Shown here one piece after another: positions 30,250-40,506 of a stretch of DNA of 64,000 bases. Source of the stretch: an uncultured Chitinophagaceae bacterium (GTDB taxonomy: Bacteria > Bacteroidota > Bacteroidia > Chitinophagales > Chitinophagaceae); contig CAWAIQ010000001.1 in the NCBI GenBank assembly GCA_963782225.1, forward strand, positions 29,455 to 93,454, given 5' to 3'. The notes beneath the pieces were generated by a model, which saw only the letters and a list, made by a program, of their open reading frames with translations, was not told the DNA's origin and made no database searches. The first letter of the stretch is position 1; each line of letters starts with the position of its first letter. The position numbers and the translations under genes were made by a program.

Positions 30250-32097
30250 ATGTGCGGGATTAGTGCTGTCGTAAACATACGAAACGCTCCGGTCGAACAC
30301 GACATCATTCGGAAAATGAACGCGTCTATTGCGCATCGTGGCCCGGATAATGATGGTGCGTACTTCTTTTCAAACTTCGGGTTGGGCCACCGCCGCTTGT
30401 CCATCATGGACACGAGCCATTTATGCCATCAGCCCTTCAAGTATAAAGATTTCATCATTACCTACAACGGCGAAATCTATAATCACCTCGAAATACGCGA
30501 TGAATTACAAAAGCTGGGATACGATTTCACTACTTCCGGTGATACCGAAATTGTTTTAGCAGCATATGAAAGATGGGGCGAACAATGTGTTTCCCGCTTC
30601 GAGGGAATGTGGTCGTTTATCATTTATGATTCCGCAAAGAACATTCTCTTTGGCAGCAGGGATAGGTTTGGTCAGAAGCCTTTTCATTACGGAGAATTTA
30701 ATTCCTATTTTATCGTCGCGTCAGAAATAAAGCAGTTCATGCACGTGCCTGGCTTCAAGGCAACGTTGAATCACAAAGAGGGTTTTAATTTTCTTAATTA
30801 CGGCGGATTAAATTATTCTGACGATACGCTTTTCGAAGGCGTTCGTTCGCTGCCATCCGGGCATAATCTCTATTACGATCTGTCGACACACAAGTACACA
30901 ATTTCGGAGTGGTATTTCTTTCCGGAAAGGAAAACGAATAGAATCGGCCTGCACGAAGCGGCCCAGGAATTCCGCCGGTTGCTGGAACAAAGCGTACAAC
31001 TCCGCATGGGAACAGATGCCAGGCTGGGTTCATGTTTGTCTGGCGGGTTAGATAGCTCGTCCATTGTTTGCATTATCGACAAGCTCATAAAAGATAAAGA
31101 GAACTTCGTAACACTGAGTATTTGCTGGCACGATAAATCGATTGACGAACAAGAATACATTGACATCGTTTCAGATCATACATCACACGGTATTAACGAA
31201 AAGATATTTCCGGATCTCGATGATCTGAACCAGCGGAATATTCTTGAAAAAATTATTTATCACCAGGACCAACCGATTCTTACCGCGTCTCATTTTGCAG
31301 AATACAAAGTATATGAAGCGGCAGGCGAAAGAGGGTTGCGTGTAGTAATGGATGGACAGGGTGCAGATGAGTATTTGGGAGGATACGGGCTTTTCAACTG
31401 GTATCATATGCATGGTTTGTTTAACCAGTATCGGTTCCGTTCACTTTCCAGGGAGTGGCGCGCAATGCGCGAGCGTTCCGACATGCGTCACCACCAGATA
31501 CTCAGGCATCTCTTGTACATGAAGTATACACGGAGAAAGCCGGCGATGGCGGGATTCATTAATCCGCAGTGGGCAAAGGATCTCATTGATGAAAATCCAA
31601 TGCTGCCGCCAAATAACGCGCGGTTGAGTGCGAAATTTCTTTCGCGTCACCAGGTGTTTAATTCGAGTCTTCCTTATCAATTGCATTCCGCCGACCGGAA
31701 CTCGATGTGTCATTCTGTTGAATCGCGTTTGCCGTTTTTAGATCATCAGCTTGTAGAGTTCTGTTATCTGTTGCCTGATACTTTAAAGATTTCAGCAGGA
31801 AAAAGTAAAATAGTTTTGAGAGAGGGCATGTCGGGCGTGTTACCTGATGAGATCAGGGACCGGTCAACCAAATTAGGTTTTCCTTCTCCCCAGAAAGCAT
31901 GGATGTTGAAAAATGCTAATTGGATAGGAAAGGAATTGAATGGAAACGCAGTGGCCTATGGCGATTTAATTGATCCATCTAAAATAAAGGACGAGTTCTG
32001 TCACTTTGCAGCTTCAGGCCGCGGCGACCACGATCACTTCTTCAGAATTTTAAGTTTCAACCAGTGGTTGAAAATCTTTGATGTTTCTATTTCCTGA
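30250..32097 (+). CDS. asnB: asparagine synthase (glutamine-hydrolysing)
   Basis: 615 aa; N-terminal nucleophile MCGI, …HRGPD…, GDTEIVL, PP-loop SCLSGGLDSSSI. Confidence 0.9.
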   Translation: MCGISAVVNIRNAPVEHDIIRKMNASIAHRGPDNDGAYFFSNFGLGHRRLSIMDTSHLCHQPFKYKDFIITYNGEIYNHLEIRDELQKLGYDFTTSGDTEIVLAAYERWGEQCVSRFEGMWSFIIYDSAKNILFGSRDRFGQKPFHYGEFNSYFIVASEIKQFMHVPGFKATLNHKEGFNFLNYGGLNYSDDTLFEGVRSLPSGHNLYYDLSTHKYTISEWYFFPERKTNRIGLHEAAQEFRRLLEQSVQLRMGTDARLGSCLSGGLDSSSIVCIIDKLIKDKENFVTLSICWHDKSIDEQEYIDIVSDHTSHGINEKIFPDLDDLNQRNILEKIIYHQDQPILTASHFAEYKVYEAAGERGLRVVMDGQGADEYLGGYGLFNWYHMHGLFNQYRFRSLSREWRAMRERSDMRHHQILRHLLYMKYTRRKPAMAGFINPQWAKDLIDENPMLPPNNARLSAKFLSRHQVFNSSLPYQLHSADRNSMCHSVESRLPFLDHQLVEFCYLLPDTLKISAGKSKIVLREGMSGVLPDEIRDRSTKLGFPSPQKAWMLKNANWIGKELNGNAVAYGDLIDPSKIKDEFCHFAASGRGDHDHFFRILSFNQWLKIFDVSIS

Positions 32098-32215
32098 GTA
32101 TTAACTACATGGTGCATTATTGATCCTGCGCAAGAGATATCGTTGAGAATAATCAAGCAATTAAAGCCCTCCAGAAACGTTTTTATAGCAGAATTCCGTC
32201 CATTAATCCATACCT

Positions 32216-34777
32216 ATGACCCACTTATTACGTCTTGGTTTTACCTTACTATGTATTACGTTAGTTACTAACCTTTCAGCTCAATGTATCAGCCTGAATT
32301 ATAGCTCCACCGACGTTTCATGTTATCTCGGAACTACCGGCTCTATCACCGCGAACGCATCAGGCGGCGCAGACCCTTACCAATATCAACTCGCTGAAGC
32401 AGGCGCCGGCGCATGGTCATCCAATAACGTTTTTACCGGTCTTGCTGCAGGTACTTATCCTGTTTCAGCAAAAGACGGTGCAGGATGCGTAAGAACCATC
32501 TATGTAACCATCAGCCAACCGGCCGCACTCTCGGTAACCTATTCATCAACCGATCCTGTCTGTTCAAGTTCTAATAACGGTTTCATCAGCACGCAAACAA
32601 CAGGTGGTGTGGCCCCTTATTCATATAACTGGAAGAAAGATGGTGCAGCATTCGCCACTACTGCAAGTATTACCAACCTCGCACCAGCAAACTACGACCT
32701 AGTAGTAACAGATGCAGCAGGCTGCTCAGCGAAACCGTCGGTTCCGCAAACGGTTCGTCCCGTTACACTCTCCGGCTATAATGCCGATGTAGTGGCTAAC
32801 GGCACAACTACCACAGCAACAGCAAGCACCTCCACATCACTCGACCAGGCAACTGGCTACGTATTGTTTGGAGGGGGCTACACCAATAGTGGCAGCACGG
32901 CAGGTACGAACGGATTACCCTCTAGCCGCACGTTCAATAGTGCGCAGGATAACGCACGCGCTTACCAGCTTGCATCGTATTCATCTAACAACGTTTTGTT
33001 ATTGCGCTCATCGACCGATAATGCCGCAGGCGGTGCAACATCGGGCACACTAAGTTTCGGATCAACCTATCAAAGTAATTATTCAACACTATATGTAGTA
33101 GGTACCACCGGTTCAGGTACAGGTACCATTAACTACCAGGTTAATTATTCTGACGCAAGTACCAGCACCGGAACGCTAAACTTTCCGGATTGGTTTTTGG
33201 CATCGTCGAGCGCATCAACAATTCGTGCGTTAGGTGGACTGAATCGTGTGGCCAGAACAAATGCATCTGCATTTGAAACCGGCGGAAACTTCAACCTATT
33301 CGAAGCGCCCATCACCATTACGGTGGCTAACCAAAGTAAGGTTGTATCGTCAGTAACTTTTACCTGGTCGGGTAGTGGTTCTGCAAGAACGAGCATCTTT
33401 GCTATTACAGGTTATACATCTAATACTAATGGTATCCGTATCAATGATGGCCCCGCGTCAAGTGTGGTACCAGCAGTGTCAATTGCATCTGATGCTACGA
33501 ACAATCAAATATGTTCAGGTCAACCGGTAACATTCTCAGCAACGCCAACAAATGGTGGCACAACACCATCGTACCAGTGGAAACTTAACGGCAGCAATGT
33601 GGGTACTAATAGTGCAGCTTATACTACATCGTCACTTGCTAACAACAGCCAGGTAAGTGTTGTACTTACTGCTGCGGGCAATGTAGGTTGCCTAAGCACC
33701 AGCACTGCAACCAGTAACGTGATTACCACAACAATCGCCAGCAATGCAGCTTCGGTTGCAGTGGCGGCAAGCGGCAACAATATTTGTTCGGGAACAAGCG
33801 TAACGTTTACAGCGGCGCCAACAAACGGAGGTCCTGCTCCATCATATCAGTGGCGACTGAATGGAATAAATGTGGGATCTAACAGCAGCACCTACACTAC
33901 AACGAGCTTAATAAACAATGATAAGGTAAGCGTAGTGATGACGAGTAATATTGGATGTGTAACCGGCAACCCGGCAACATCTAATCTTGCTACGATGACG
34001 GTTAATCCATTATTGACCCCGGTAGCGACAGTTTTGGCAACTAAAGTTAACCCTGGTTTGCAGCTTACCTCAACGGTAGCGAACGCGGGACCAACACCAT
34101 CGTACCAGTGGTATAAAAACGGTGTGGCAATAGCCAGTGCAACATCTACCTCTCTTAGTGCACCAACCGCTGCCTTGGGTGAAGTATTTTCGCTTAAAGT
34201 AACATCATCATATTCGTGCCCTTCTCCTGCCGCAACCATGAGTAACTATGTTACTGTTAGCGCAGCACTGCTGCCGTTAACGCTTGAGTGGTTCCGTGGT
34301 ACAAAGGACGATAACTATGTTACACTTACCTGGAAAACAGGTGCAGAAGAGAACCTGAAAATATTCGAAGTGCAGCGTGCAGACGAAGCAAACGGTGCGT
34401 TTGTAACCATTGGCAGTGTGCAGCCTAAAAACGTTGCGGAAGGTGCAACTTACAGTTACCGCGATCAGCCGCAGGTGAAAGGAACATTTACTTACAGGTT
34501 AACACATCGCGACCTTAGCGAAAAAAGTTATGTGGATGGAACCGTAACCGTTCGTCTTGCGGGGTTGAACGACATCCGGATTGGCACTAAAAACGCCAGC
34601 TGGCAGGTGTTCACAACAGGTTCTACGAAGTATTGGTTGGTAGATGCTTTCGGTGTGAAGATCCAAAAGGGAGAGGCAGAAGGCAGCTTTGAAGTGTTTA
34701 AACCAAAATTAAAAGGTATTTATTACCTGCAGTTGCAGAAAGAAAAGGAAACGTTTACCTATAAAGTGATTAATTAG
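32216..34777 (+). CDS. large secreted adhesin-like protein: 2 SprB repeats, central unknown domain, 3 Ig-like repeats, T9SS-type C-terminal region
   Basis: 853 aa; signal peptide; SprB-type units (…DVSCYLGTTGSITANASGGADPYQYQL… and …DPVCSSSNNGFISTQTTGGVAPYSYNW…); three PTNGG..PSYQW.LNG units; C-terminal module shared with 4786..6639. Confidence 0.75.
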   Translation: MTHLLRLGFTLLCITLVTNLSAQCISLNYSSTDVSCYLGTTGSITANASGGADPYQYQLAEAGAGAWSSNNVFTGLAAGTYPVSAKDGAGCVRTIYVTISQPAALSVTYSSTDPVCSSSNNGFISTQTTGGVAPYSYNWKKDGAAFATTASITNLAPANYDLVVTDAAGCSAKPSVPQTVRPVTLSGYNADVVANGTTTTATASTSTSLDQATGYVLFGGGYTNSGSTAGTNGLPSSRTFNSAQDNARAYQLASYSSNNVLLLRSSTDNAAGGATSGTLSFGSTYQSNYSTLYVVGTTGSGTGTINYQVNYSDASTSTGTLNFPDWFLASSSASTIRALGGLNRVARTNASAFETGGNFNLFEAPITITVANQSKVVSSVTFTWSGSGSARTSIFAITGYTSNTNGIRINDGPASSVVPAVSIASDATNNQICSGQPVTFSATPTNGGTTPSYQWKLNGSNVGTNSAAYTTSSLANNSQVSVVLTAAGNVGCLSTSTATSNVITTTIASNAASVAVAASGNNICSGTSVTFTAAPTNGGPAPSYQWRLNGINVGSNSSTYTTTSLINNDKVSVVMTSNIGCVTGNPATSNLATMTVNPLLTPVATVLATKVNPGLQLTSTVANAGPTPSYQWYKNGVAIASATSTSLSAPTAALGEVFSLKVTSSYSCPSPAATMSNYVTVSAALLPLTLEWFRGTKDDNYVTLTWKTGAEENLKIFEVQRADEANGAFVTIGSVQPKNVAEGATYSYRDQPQVKGTFTYRLTHRDLSEKSYVDGTVTVRLAGLNDIRIGTKNASWQVFTTGSTKYWLVDAFGVKIQKGEAEGSFEVFKPKLKGIYYLQLQKEKETFTYKVIN

Positions 34778-34857
34778 GTTTTCCGCAAGGCTCAAATAAT
34801 TAAATGTATCTGTAACTTTCGGGGTGCCTGGTGCGTAATAGCACCAAACAGTCCCTC

Positions 34858-35592
34858 ATGTGCAGTTTTACCCGTTTTTTGAGCGTTGCTTTACTGGTTC
34901 TTGTTACTGGTAACAGCTATAGTCAAACCATCAATACCCGTTCTTTTGATAAAGTGATCATCAGCCCTTTTATCGAGGCCACCTTTATTGAGGGTGACCA
35001 GGAGCAGGTTGTGATCAATAGCTGCATCGTTGACCCTAAAAAGCTGCATGTAGAGACCAAAAACGGCACTCTAAGAGTTTACCTCGAAGGAGCGAAAGAA
35101 ATTCCACGCGACTCGCGTGAGAACAGAAACAGCAATCGAGACTTATACCCCGCGCATGCGGTCAACGCTACCATTTATTACAAGAAGCTGGATGCACTTT
35201 CTCTTCGGGGAGAGGAGAGCTTTACCTTCCCGCGCAGGTTATCGGCTGAACGCTTCACTCTAACTCTATACGGCGAACCCATTATCACCTTCGCCGATGT
35301 ACATATCAACGAACTGCGTGCGACACTGTATGGCGAAGGCTCTCTCGAAATTCAATCAGGATTAGTCAACACGCAAATTTACACTTCCTACGGCGAGGGC
35401 AAGGTGACTACTACCGGAATCTCAAGCAACGAAGCGAAGCTTAAAGCTTACGGCGAGGCTGAATTCAACGTTAATGTTTCTGAGCGTATCAAGATCACCT
35501 CATTCGGCGAAGCAAAACTTCGTTACAAAGGCAACCCCGAAATCGTGAAAGGTCTTCATGTTGGGGGAGTAGATGTGGCAAGATTAGATTGA
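34858..35592 (+). CDS. head GIN domain (DUF2807) protein, secreted
   Basis: From ATG 34858: signal peptide …LVTGNSYSQ; FDKVIISPFIEATFIEGDQEQVVIN…LHVETKNGTLRVYL and repeated YGEG/YGEA beta-helix rungs. Confidence 0.7.
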   Translation: MCSFTRFLSVALLVLVTGNSYSQTINTRSFDKVIISPFIEATFIEGDQEQVVINSCIVDPKKLHVETKNGTLRVYLEGAKEIPRDSRENRNSNRDLYPAHAVNATIYYKKLDALSLRGEESFTFPRRLSAERFTLTLYGEPIITFADVHINELRATLYGEGSLEIQSGLVNTQIYTSYGEGKVTTTGISSNEAKLKAYGEAEFNVNVSERIKITSFGEAKLRYKGNPEIVKGLHVGGVDVARLD

Positions 35593-35677
35593 TTGATATA
35601 GTACCTATTTTGTTTTGCGCACCGTCGCCATGGGCATACGTTTTGCGATAAACAGGATATCATCAAATTATCCTGTG

Positions 35678-36112
35678 ATGGTTCACTATCTTATTTATCT
35701 AAGCACCGCTACCGATCTTTTCACCGATGATACGTTGCAATCTATTCTCGAATCAAGCCGAAAAAATAATAGTAAAAAGGGCATTACCGGTTTGCTCCTC
35801 TACCACGATGGCGCCATACTACAGGTGCTGGAAGGAGACCGGGAAAGTGTAACTCAGCTATACAAATTGCTGGAGCTCGATTACCGTCACCGAAGTGTTA
35901 TTAAGGTAATGGAAGGCGATGCCGACACACATTATTTTAAAGACTGGTCGATGGGTTTTAGAAGAGTGAGCTCAAAGGAGTGGGAGGATATCGAAGGATA
36001 TTTGCCAGTGAATGGCACGCCGTTTAGTCGTGAAGCTGAGCAAGACGATAGCCGACAGGGTATGCTGGCTTTTCTACATTCTTTTTACAGAACCAATTTT
36101 AGCGCCCGATGA
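35678..36112 (+). CDS. BLUF-domain blue-light FAD photoreceptor (short, stand-alone)
   Basis: From ATG 35678: MVHYLIYLSTA (Tyr), …GITGLLLYHDGAILQVLEGD (Gln), …HYFKDWSMGF (Trp-x-Met); about 50-aa C-terminal extension. Confidence 0.85.
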   Translation: MVHYLIYLSTATDLFTDDTLQSILESSRKNNSKKGITGLLLYHDGAILQVLEGDRESVTQLYKLLELDYRHRSVIKVMEGDADTHYFKDWSMGFRRVSSKEWEDIEGYLPVNGTPFSREAEQDDSRQGMLAFLHSFYRTNFSAR

Positions 36113-36139
36113 TCTTTGCGCTATACTGTTTGCATTGAA

Positions 36140-36147
36140 TATCTTTG
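36140..36147 (+). promoter_or_regulatory. Bacteroidota -7 box candidate TATCTTTG
   Basis: Exact TAnnTTTG 37 nt upstream of ATG 36184. Confidence 0.3.
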
Positions 36148-36183
36148 AGAAGTTCTTCAGCCTAACAACTTCATCCCCCCCAC

Positions 36184-36540
36184 ATGCGAAATCGTCCATG
36201 GCCTGTTATAATTGTTTGCATACTGTTCCTGGTTGCGGGCGGCGTGGGTTTCCTGTATCATCTTCCGGAAGTATTTACATCGGGTGACCAATTATATGAT
36301 TCGGTATGGGTAGAATTTGTACGATTACTAGCGATTGTTTGTGCTGTGTTCTTGTGGAGAAGAGCAAACTGGGCGAGATGGTTAGCGCTGGCATGGGTGG
36401 GTTATCATGTATATGTAAGCAGTAAACATTCGATGAGCGAAGTAATTACGCACATTGTAGTTTTGCTAGTGGTTGCGGTGCTATTGTATTTGCCGCGGTC
36501 ATCAGCTTTTTTCCGAATGAATAAAGTGAGAGAGAAATGA
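36184..36540 (+). CDS. small integral membrane protein (4 TM)
   Basis: 118 aa hydrophobic; ATGA overlap with the next gene. Confidence 0.55.
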   Translation: MRNRPWPVIIVCILFLVAGGVGFLYHLPEVFTSGDQLYDSVWVEFVRLLAIVCAVFLWRRANWARWLALAWVGYHVYVSSKHSMSEVITHIVVLLVVAVLLYLPRSSAFFRMNKVREK

Positions 36541-36950
36541 ATGTAGAAAGATTTATTACGGCGCAGGAAGGGACTTACGAACGCGCTTTAGCGGAGATAA
36601 TAAATGGGAGGAAAGTAACTCATTGGATGTGGTACATTTTTCCGCAAATAAAGGGATTGGGTTTTAGCGAAACCGCGAAGTTCTATGCTATTGCTGATAT
36701 ACAGGAAGCGGAAGCTTTTCTCCGGCATCCTGTTCTGGGTGAACGCCTTATTCGCATTTGTAAGGAGCTGTTAAAGGCAAAAAGCGATAATGCCTTAGAG
36801 ATTTTTGGAAGTCCTGATCATTTGAAGCTGAAGTCGTCCATGACTTTGTTTGGTTCTTTGAAAATGGAACCGGTTTTCGATTCGGTACTGGATAAATTTT
36901 TCAACGGCGAAAAAGACGAACGGACGCTTAGCATTCTTAACAGGCAATAA
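36537..36950 (+). CDS. DUF1810 domain-containing protein
   Basis: …RFITAQEGTYERALAEIINGRKVTHWMWYIFPQIKGLGFSETAKFYAI…AFLRHPVLGERL…. Confidence 0.8.
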   Translation: MNVERFITAQEGTYERALAEIINGRKVTHWMWYIFPQIKGLGFSETAKFYAIADIQEAEAFLRHPVLGERLIRICKELLKAKSDNALEIFGSPDHLKLKSSMTLFGSLKMEPVFDSVLDKFFNGEKDERTLSILNRQ

Positions 36951-36962
36951 ACTGATCAAGAC

Positions 36963-37370
36963 TCATAACTCATTTATCTTTCTGCCACTTATATCCTCGC
37001 CAAATACAAGCTCATACCCGTTATTATCCAAAATGCTGAAGTCTCTCATCATGTATTCGCGATCCGCGATGGGTGATTTGACTTTCACTTTATTCTTTAT
37101 CTCTTCCCATAATTCATCAACACTTTGCATGAAAACGTAGATGCTGCCAGTGAAGATTGGTTTTGGAAAGAATGCCTCGGTGGTGTCGCAGTCTTCGCGA
37201 TCGTCTGTTGGAACAATGGCCATTATCTGCACTTCGTCCCGTTGAAAGGAAGCGAAGTTTGGAAAGTTGCTCCGGCTCTTAAATCCCAAAGCGTTTACGT
37301 AAAATGAAATGGTTTCATTGAGGTCTTTTGTCCAGACAATCAAACTGAGTTGATGAAGAAGGCTGCCCAT
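36963..37370 (-). CDS. VOC-family (glyoxalase/bleomycin-resistance fold) protein
   Basis: 135 aa; …IVWTKDLNETISFYVNALGFK… and …DREYMMRDFSILDNNGYELVFGE. Confidence 0.75.
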   Translation of the reverse strand: MGSLLHQLSLIVWTKDLNETISFYVNALGFKSRSNFPNFASFQRDEVQIMAIVPTDDREDCDTTEAFFPKPIFTGSIYVFMQSVDELWEEIKNKVKVKSPIADREYMMRDFSILDNNGYELVFGEDISGRKINEL

Positions 37371-37561
37371 AAAAGATTCGTTACAGGTAATAATTTACGA
37401 AAACTTGTTAACCATACCTGATCGCATCGAAAGACCTGTGCACCGGACACCCGTCCGCAAACGTACACTTTCGCTAAACTCCTAAAACCCATAGTGCTGA
37501 TTTACAGTAGCTTTTAATTGCGGCATTGGATTCGTGACCCAATTACAAATCTCTTGATACT

Positions 37562-39943
37562 ATGTTTCGGCATATCATGCTCATCGCTTACAGGAACATC
37601 ATCCGGCACAAAGGTTCTTTCTTTATCAACCTTATCGGCCTTTCGACAGGCCTCGCCTGTACGTTCCTCATTTACCTGTGGGTAACGGACGAACTGACCT
37701 TTGACAAGTTCCATCGTAACGACGGGCAACTTTACCAGGTTATACAGAGAAGTGTTGAAAATGGAAGTGTGATCATCCACGAAGGCACACAGGGTCCACT
37801 TGCAGCAGCAATGAAAAATGACCTTCCCGAGGTAATAAGTTCAGCGCCGGTGATGTCGCTCGAGAAGAATGGCATGAAGATACCTTTGCTGTATAATGAT
37901 AAGGTAATTACGGGAGCAGGCATCTTTGCAGGCACGAGCTTTTTCGGGATGTTTTCTTTTCCCCTGAGGGCCGGCAATGCAAACACTGCCTTAACGAACA
38001 AAGAGAATATTGTTTTATCAAATGAATTTGCGATCGCATTATTTGGTTCGCCTGAAAAAGCAATCGGCAATAATATATCATGGGAAATATTGGGAAAGAA
38101 ACAAACATCGAGAGTTTCGGGCGTGTTCGCTTCCCTGCCTGCTAACAACTCAATGAAATTTGATTTTGTTGCACCGTTTGATCTGATGTATTACGACCTC
38201 TTTCCAAATATGCAAAAGTGGTGGAATACAGGTCCGGATACTTACCTGCTTTTGAAGCCAGGCACAGACGTCGCACGATTTAATACGAAGATTGAAAAGT
38301 TCATCAACAAATATCTTGAGAACAACGAGTTTACGATGTCTGTACGGCCTTATTCAAGCGCTTACCTGCATGGTAATTACGAAAACGGTGTTCAGGTGGG
38401 AGGCAGAATTGAATACGTTCAATTGTTTTCTGTTGTAGCGCTTTTTATACTGGTGATAGCCTGTATCAATTTCATGAATCTTGCTACGGCTAAGTCGTCG
38501 CGCAGATTGAAAGAAGTAGGCATTAAGAAAGCTATAGGCTCTACACGAAAAGCACTCGTGCTTCAATTTATGAGCGAAGCAATGTTAATGGTATTGCTGT
38601 CAATGATCACTGCAATTCTGCTGGTAGTTGCAGTGCTGCCCTACTTCAACCATCTAACGGGCAAATATCTAAGCATAAGCTTTAATCCGAAAATTATCTC
38701 ACTCGCGCTGCTTACAACAGTAATTACCGGCTTGTTCGCAGGGAGTTATCCAGCATTCTATATGTCGGCGCTAGAAGTAGTGAGTGTATTCAGGAGAAAT
38801 ATAAAGAAGTCGTTGCCGGAGTTGTTTGCAAGGAAGGGTCTGGTTGTATTTCAGTTTGCGCTTTCGCTCGTGTTGATAGTGGGAGTAATGGTAATCGTTA
38901 AGCAGGTGAATTTTGTACAGCAGAAGAATATCGGGTACGATAAATCTAATATCATTCATTTTAATAAAGAGGGCAAACTGATTGAGAATGGAAACGCATT
39001 TCTTGCCGAATTGAAAAAAGTTCCGGGCGTGATGAATGCGTCGAGCCTTGAACAGAATGTAATGCAGAAAGGAAATGGTTCATCAACCTATGGTATCAAC
39101 TGGCCGGGAAAACCGCCTGATGCAAGAATCGACTTTGCCATCAGGGTGGTAGATGAGGGACTGATTGAAACGATGGGAATGCAAATAATGAAAGGAAGAT
39201 CGTTTTCAAAAGCATATGGTACCGACGAAAATGGGTTGATCTTTAATGAATATGCTGTGAAAGTGATGGGCTTGAAGGATCCGGTTGGAACTAAGGTAAA
39301 CCTGTGGGGCGAAGACAAGACGATCATCGGCGTTGTGAAAAACTTTCATATATCATCTTTGCATGAACCCATAGCGCCGTTGGTGTTTAGATTTGCGCCA
39401 GCGAATACTTCTACGTTTATGGTCAAAATTGCGCCGCGCAAAGAAAGCGAAACGATCGCGCAAGTGCAGGCTCTTTATCGCAAATTCAATCCGGGATATT
39501 TATTTGAATACAGGTTTTTGGATGAAGTGTACCAGGCGCAGTATATTTCAGAACAACGTGTGTCGGTGATCTCAAAATATTTCGCTGCGCTTGCCATTAT
39601 TATTTCATGTCTCGGTTTGTTCGGGCTTGCCACTTTCAACGCAGAAGTGCGTACGAAGGAAATAGGAATCCGTAAGGTGCTGGGTGCTTCGGTAAGTAAT
39701 GTGATGGTGATGCTGTCGCGGGACTTTGTAATTCTTATTATCATCGCGATGATGATTGGGTTTCCTGTGGCCTGGATCGCCATGAACTCATGGCTTAATG
39801 GCTTCGCTTATCATGTAGATGTTAGTGCCGATTTGTTTGTGATGGCCGGTATTGCGTTGATTGTACTTACTTTAATTACTGTTAGTTATCAATCTTTGAA
39901 GGTTGCGTTGCGTAGCCCCGTGAAGAGTTTGCGCAGCGAATAA
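37562..39943 (+). CDS. ABC transporter permease, FtsX/MacB-type (duplicated FtsX domain)
   Basis: 793 aa; MFRHIMLIAYRNIIRHKGSFFINLIGLSTGLAC start, two periplasmic MacB-like domains, two FtsX 4-TM blocks (…EVGIKKAIGSTRKALVLQF… and …EIGIRKVLGASVSNVMVML…). Confidence 0.9.
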   Translation: MFRHIMLIAYRNIIRHKGSFFINLIGLSTGLACTFLIYLWVTDELTFDKFHRNDGQLYQVIQRSVENGSVIIHEGTQGPLAAAMKNDLPEVISSAPVMSLEKNGMKIPLLYNDKVITGAGIFAGTSFFGMFSFPLRAGNANTALTNKENIVLSNEFAIALFGSPEKAIGNNISWEILGKKQTSRVSGVFASLPANNSMKFDFVAPFDLMYYDLFPNMQKWWNTGPDTYLLLKPGTDVARFNTKIEKFINKYLENNEFTMSVRPYSSAYLHGNYENGVQVGGRIEYVQLFSVVALFILVIACINFMNLATAKSSRRLKEVGIKKAIGSTRKALVLQFMSEAMLMVLLSMITAILLVVAVLPYFNHLTGKYLSISFNPKIISLALLTTVITGLFAGSYPAFYMSALEVVSVFRRNIKKSLPELFARKGLVVFQFALSLVLIVGVMVIVKQVNFVQQKNIGYDKSNIIHFNKEGKLIENGNAFLAELKKVPGVMNASSLEQNVMQKGNGSSTYGINWPGKPPDARIDFAIRVVDEGLIETMGMQIMKGRSFSKAYGTDENGLIFNEYAVKVMGLKDPVGTKVNLWGEDKTIIGVVKNFHISSLHEPIAPLVFRFAPANTSTFMVKIAPRKESETIAQVQALYRKFNPGYLFEYRFLDEVYQAQYISEQRVSVISKYFAALAIIISCLGLFGLATFNAEVRTKEIGIRKVLGASVSNVMVMLSRDFVILIIIAMMIGFPVAWIAMNSWLNGFAYHVDVSADLFVMAGIALIVLTLITVSYQSLKVALRSPVKSLRSE

Positions 39944-39983
39944 TTGCGGAGACGCGCACCGCTTTCACTTCGTTCATCAAACG

Positions 39984-40427
39984 TCAATATAGTAGTATTG
40001 GCAGTTCGTGCTGCCTGCTTCCGTCTTTCGCGCTGGCCTCGAACAAGGTCAGTTGCGGAAGGCTTTCGGGTCCGTGCTTTGCGGCGGTGACCTCGAAAGT
40101 AAATTTGCCCCATTCAGGCGCGCCGGCACTTGTAGTTCCGTGACCCTGCTTAATTACGTGTTGTCCATCTTCTATCGCCCAACTGAAAGCCGCCTCAAAA
40201 ACCTGGGCCTCGCCTTTAACCTCAAAGGTGGAGTCTCCGGTTTTATTTACCTGCACATTACGAAATCGCCCACCGGAGAATACGTCGAGAGTATCCGGGA
40301 TATGCTCGTCATCTTCAAAAACGGCTACCGTATCAGTGGTGGGGGGTGGCATTTCTGCGGATTCATCCTGGCACGCGAAAAGTAATGTAAGAGTGCAAAT
40401 GACAATTAATAACCTGTAGGGCATCAA
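39984..40427 (-). CDS. Gmad2 immunoglobulin-like domain lipoprotein
   Basis: Lipobox LLFAC; …FEVKGEAQVFEAAFSWAIEDGQHVIKQGHGTTSAGAPEWGKFTFEV. Confidence 0.7.
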   Translation of the reverse strand: MMPYRLLIVICTLTLLFACQDESAEMPPPTTDTVAVFEDDEHIPDTLDVFSGGRFRNVQVNKTGDSTFEVKGEAQVFEAAFSWAIEDGQHVIKQGHGTTSAGAPEWGKFTFEVTAAKHGPESLPQLTLFEASAKDGSRQHELPILLY

Positions 40428-40506
40428 TTAAAGTTTGGTTTGTTTGATTGTGGCATGACAAATGAAAGCATTTCCGTAGAGACGTAGTTACAAAAACCGA
40501 ACCTTG

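Noticed and set aside
33509-34262. Repetitive DNA that could be mistaken for a repeat array or CRISPR
   Set aside because: Units are about 230-270 nt, diverged, contiguous without spacers and in frame within a secreted protein. They are coding Ig-like domain repeats. No short direct repeats with unique spacers occur anywhere in the window.
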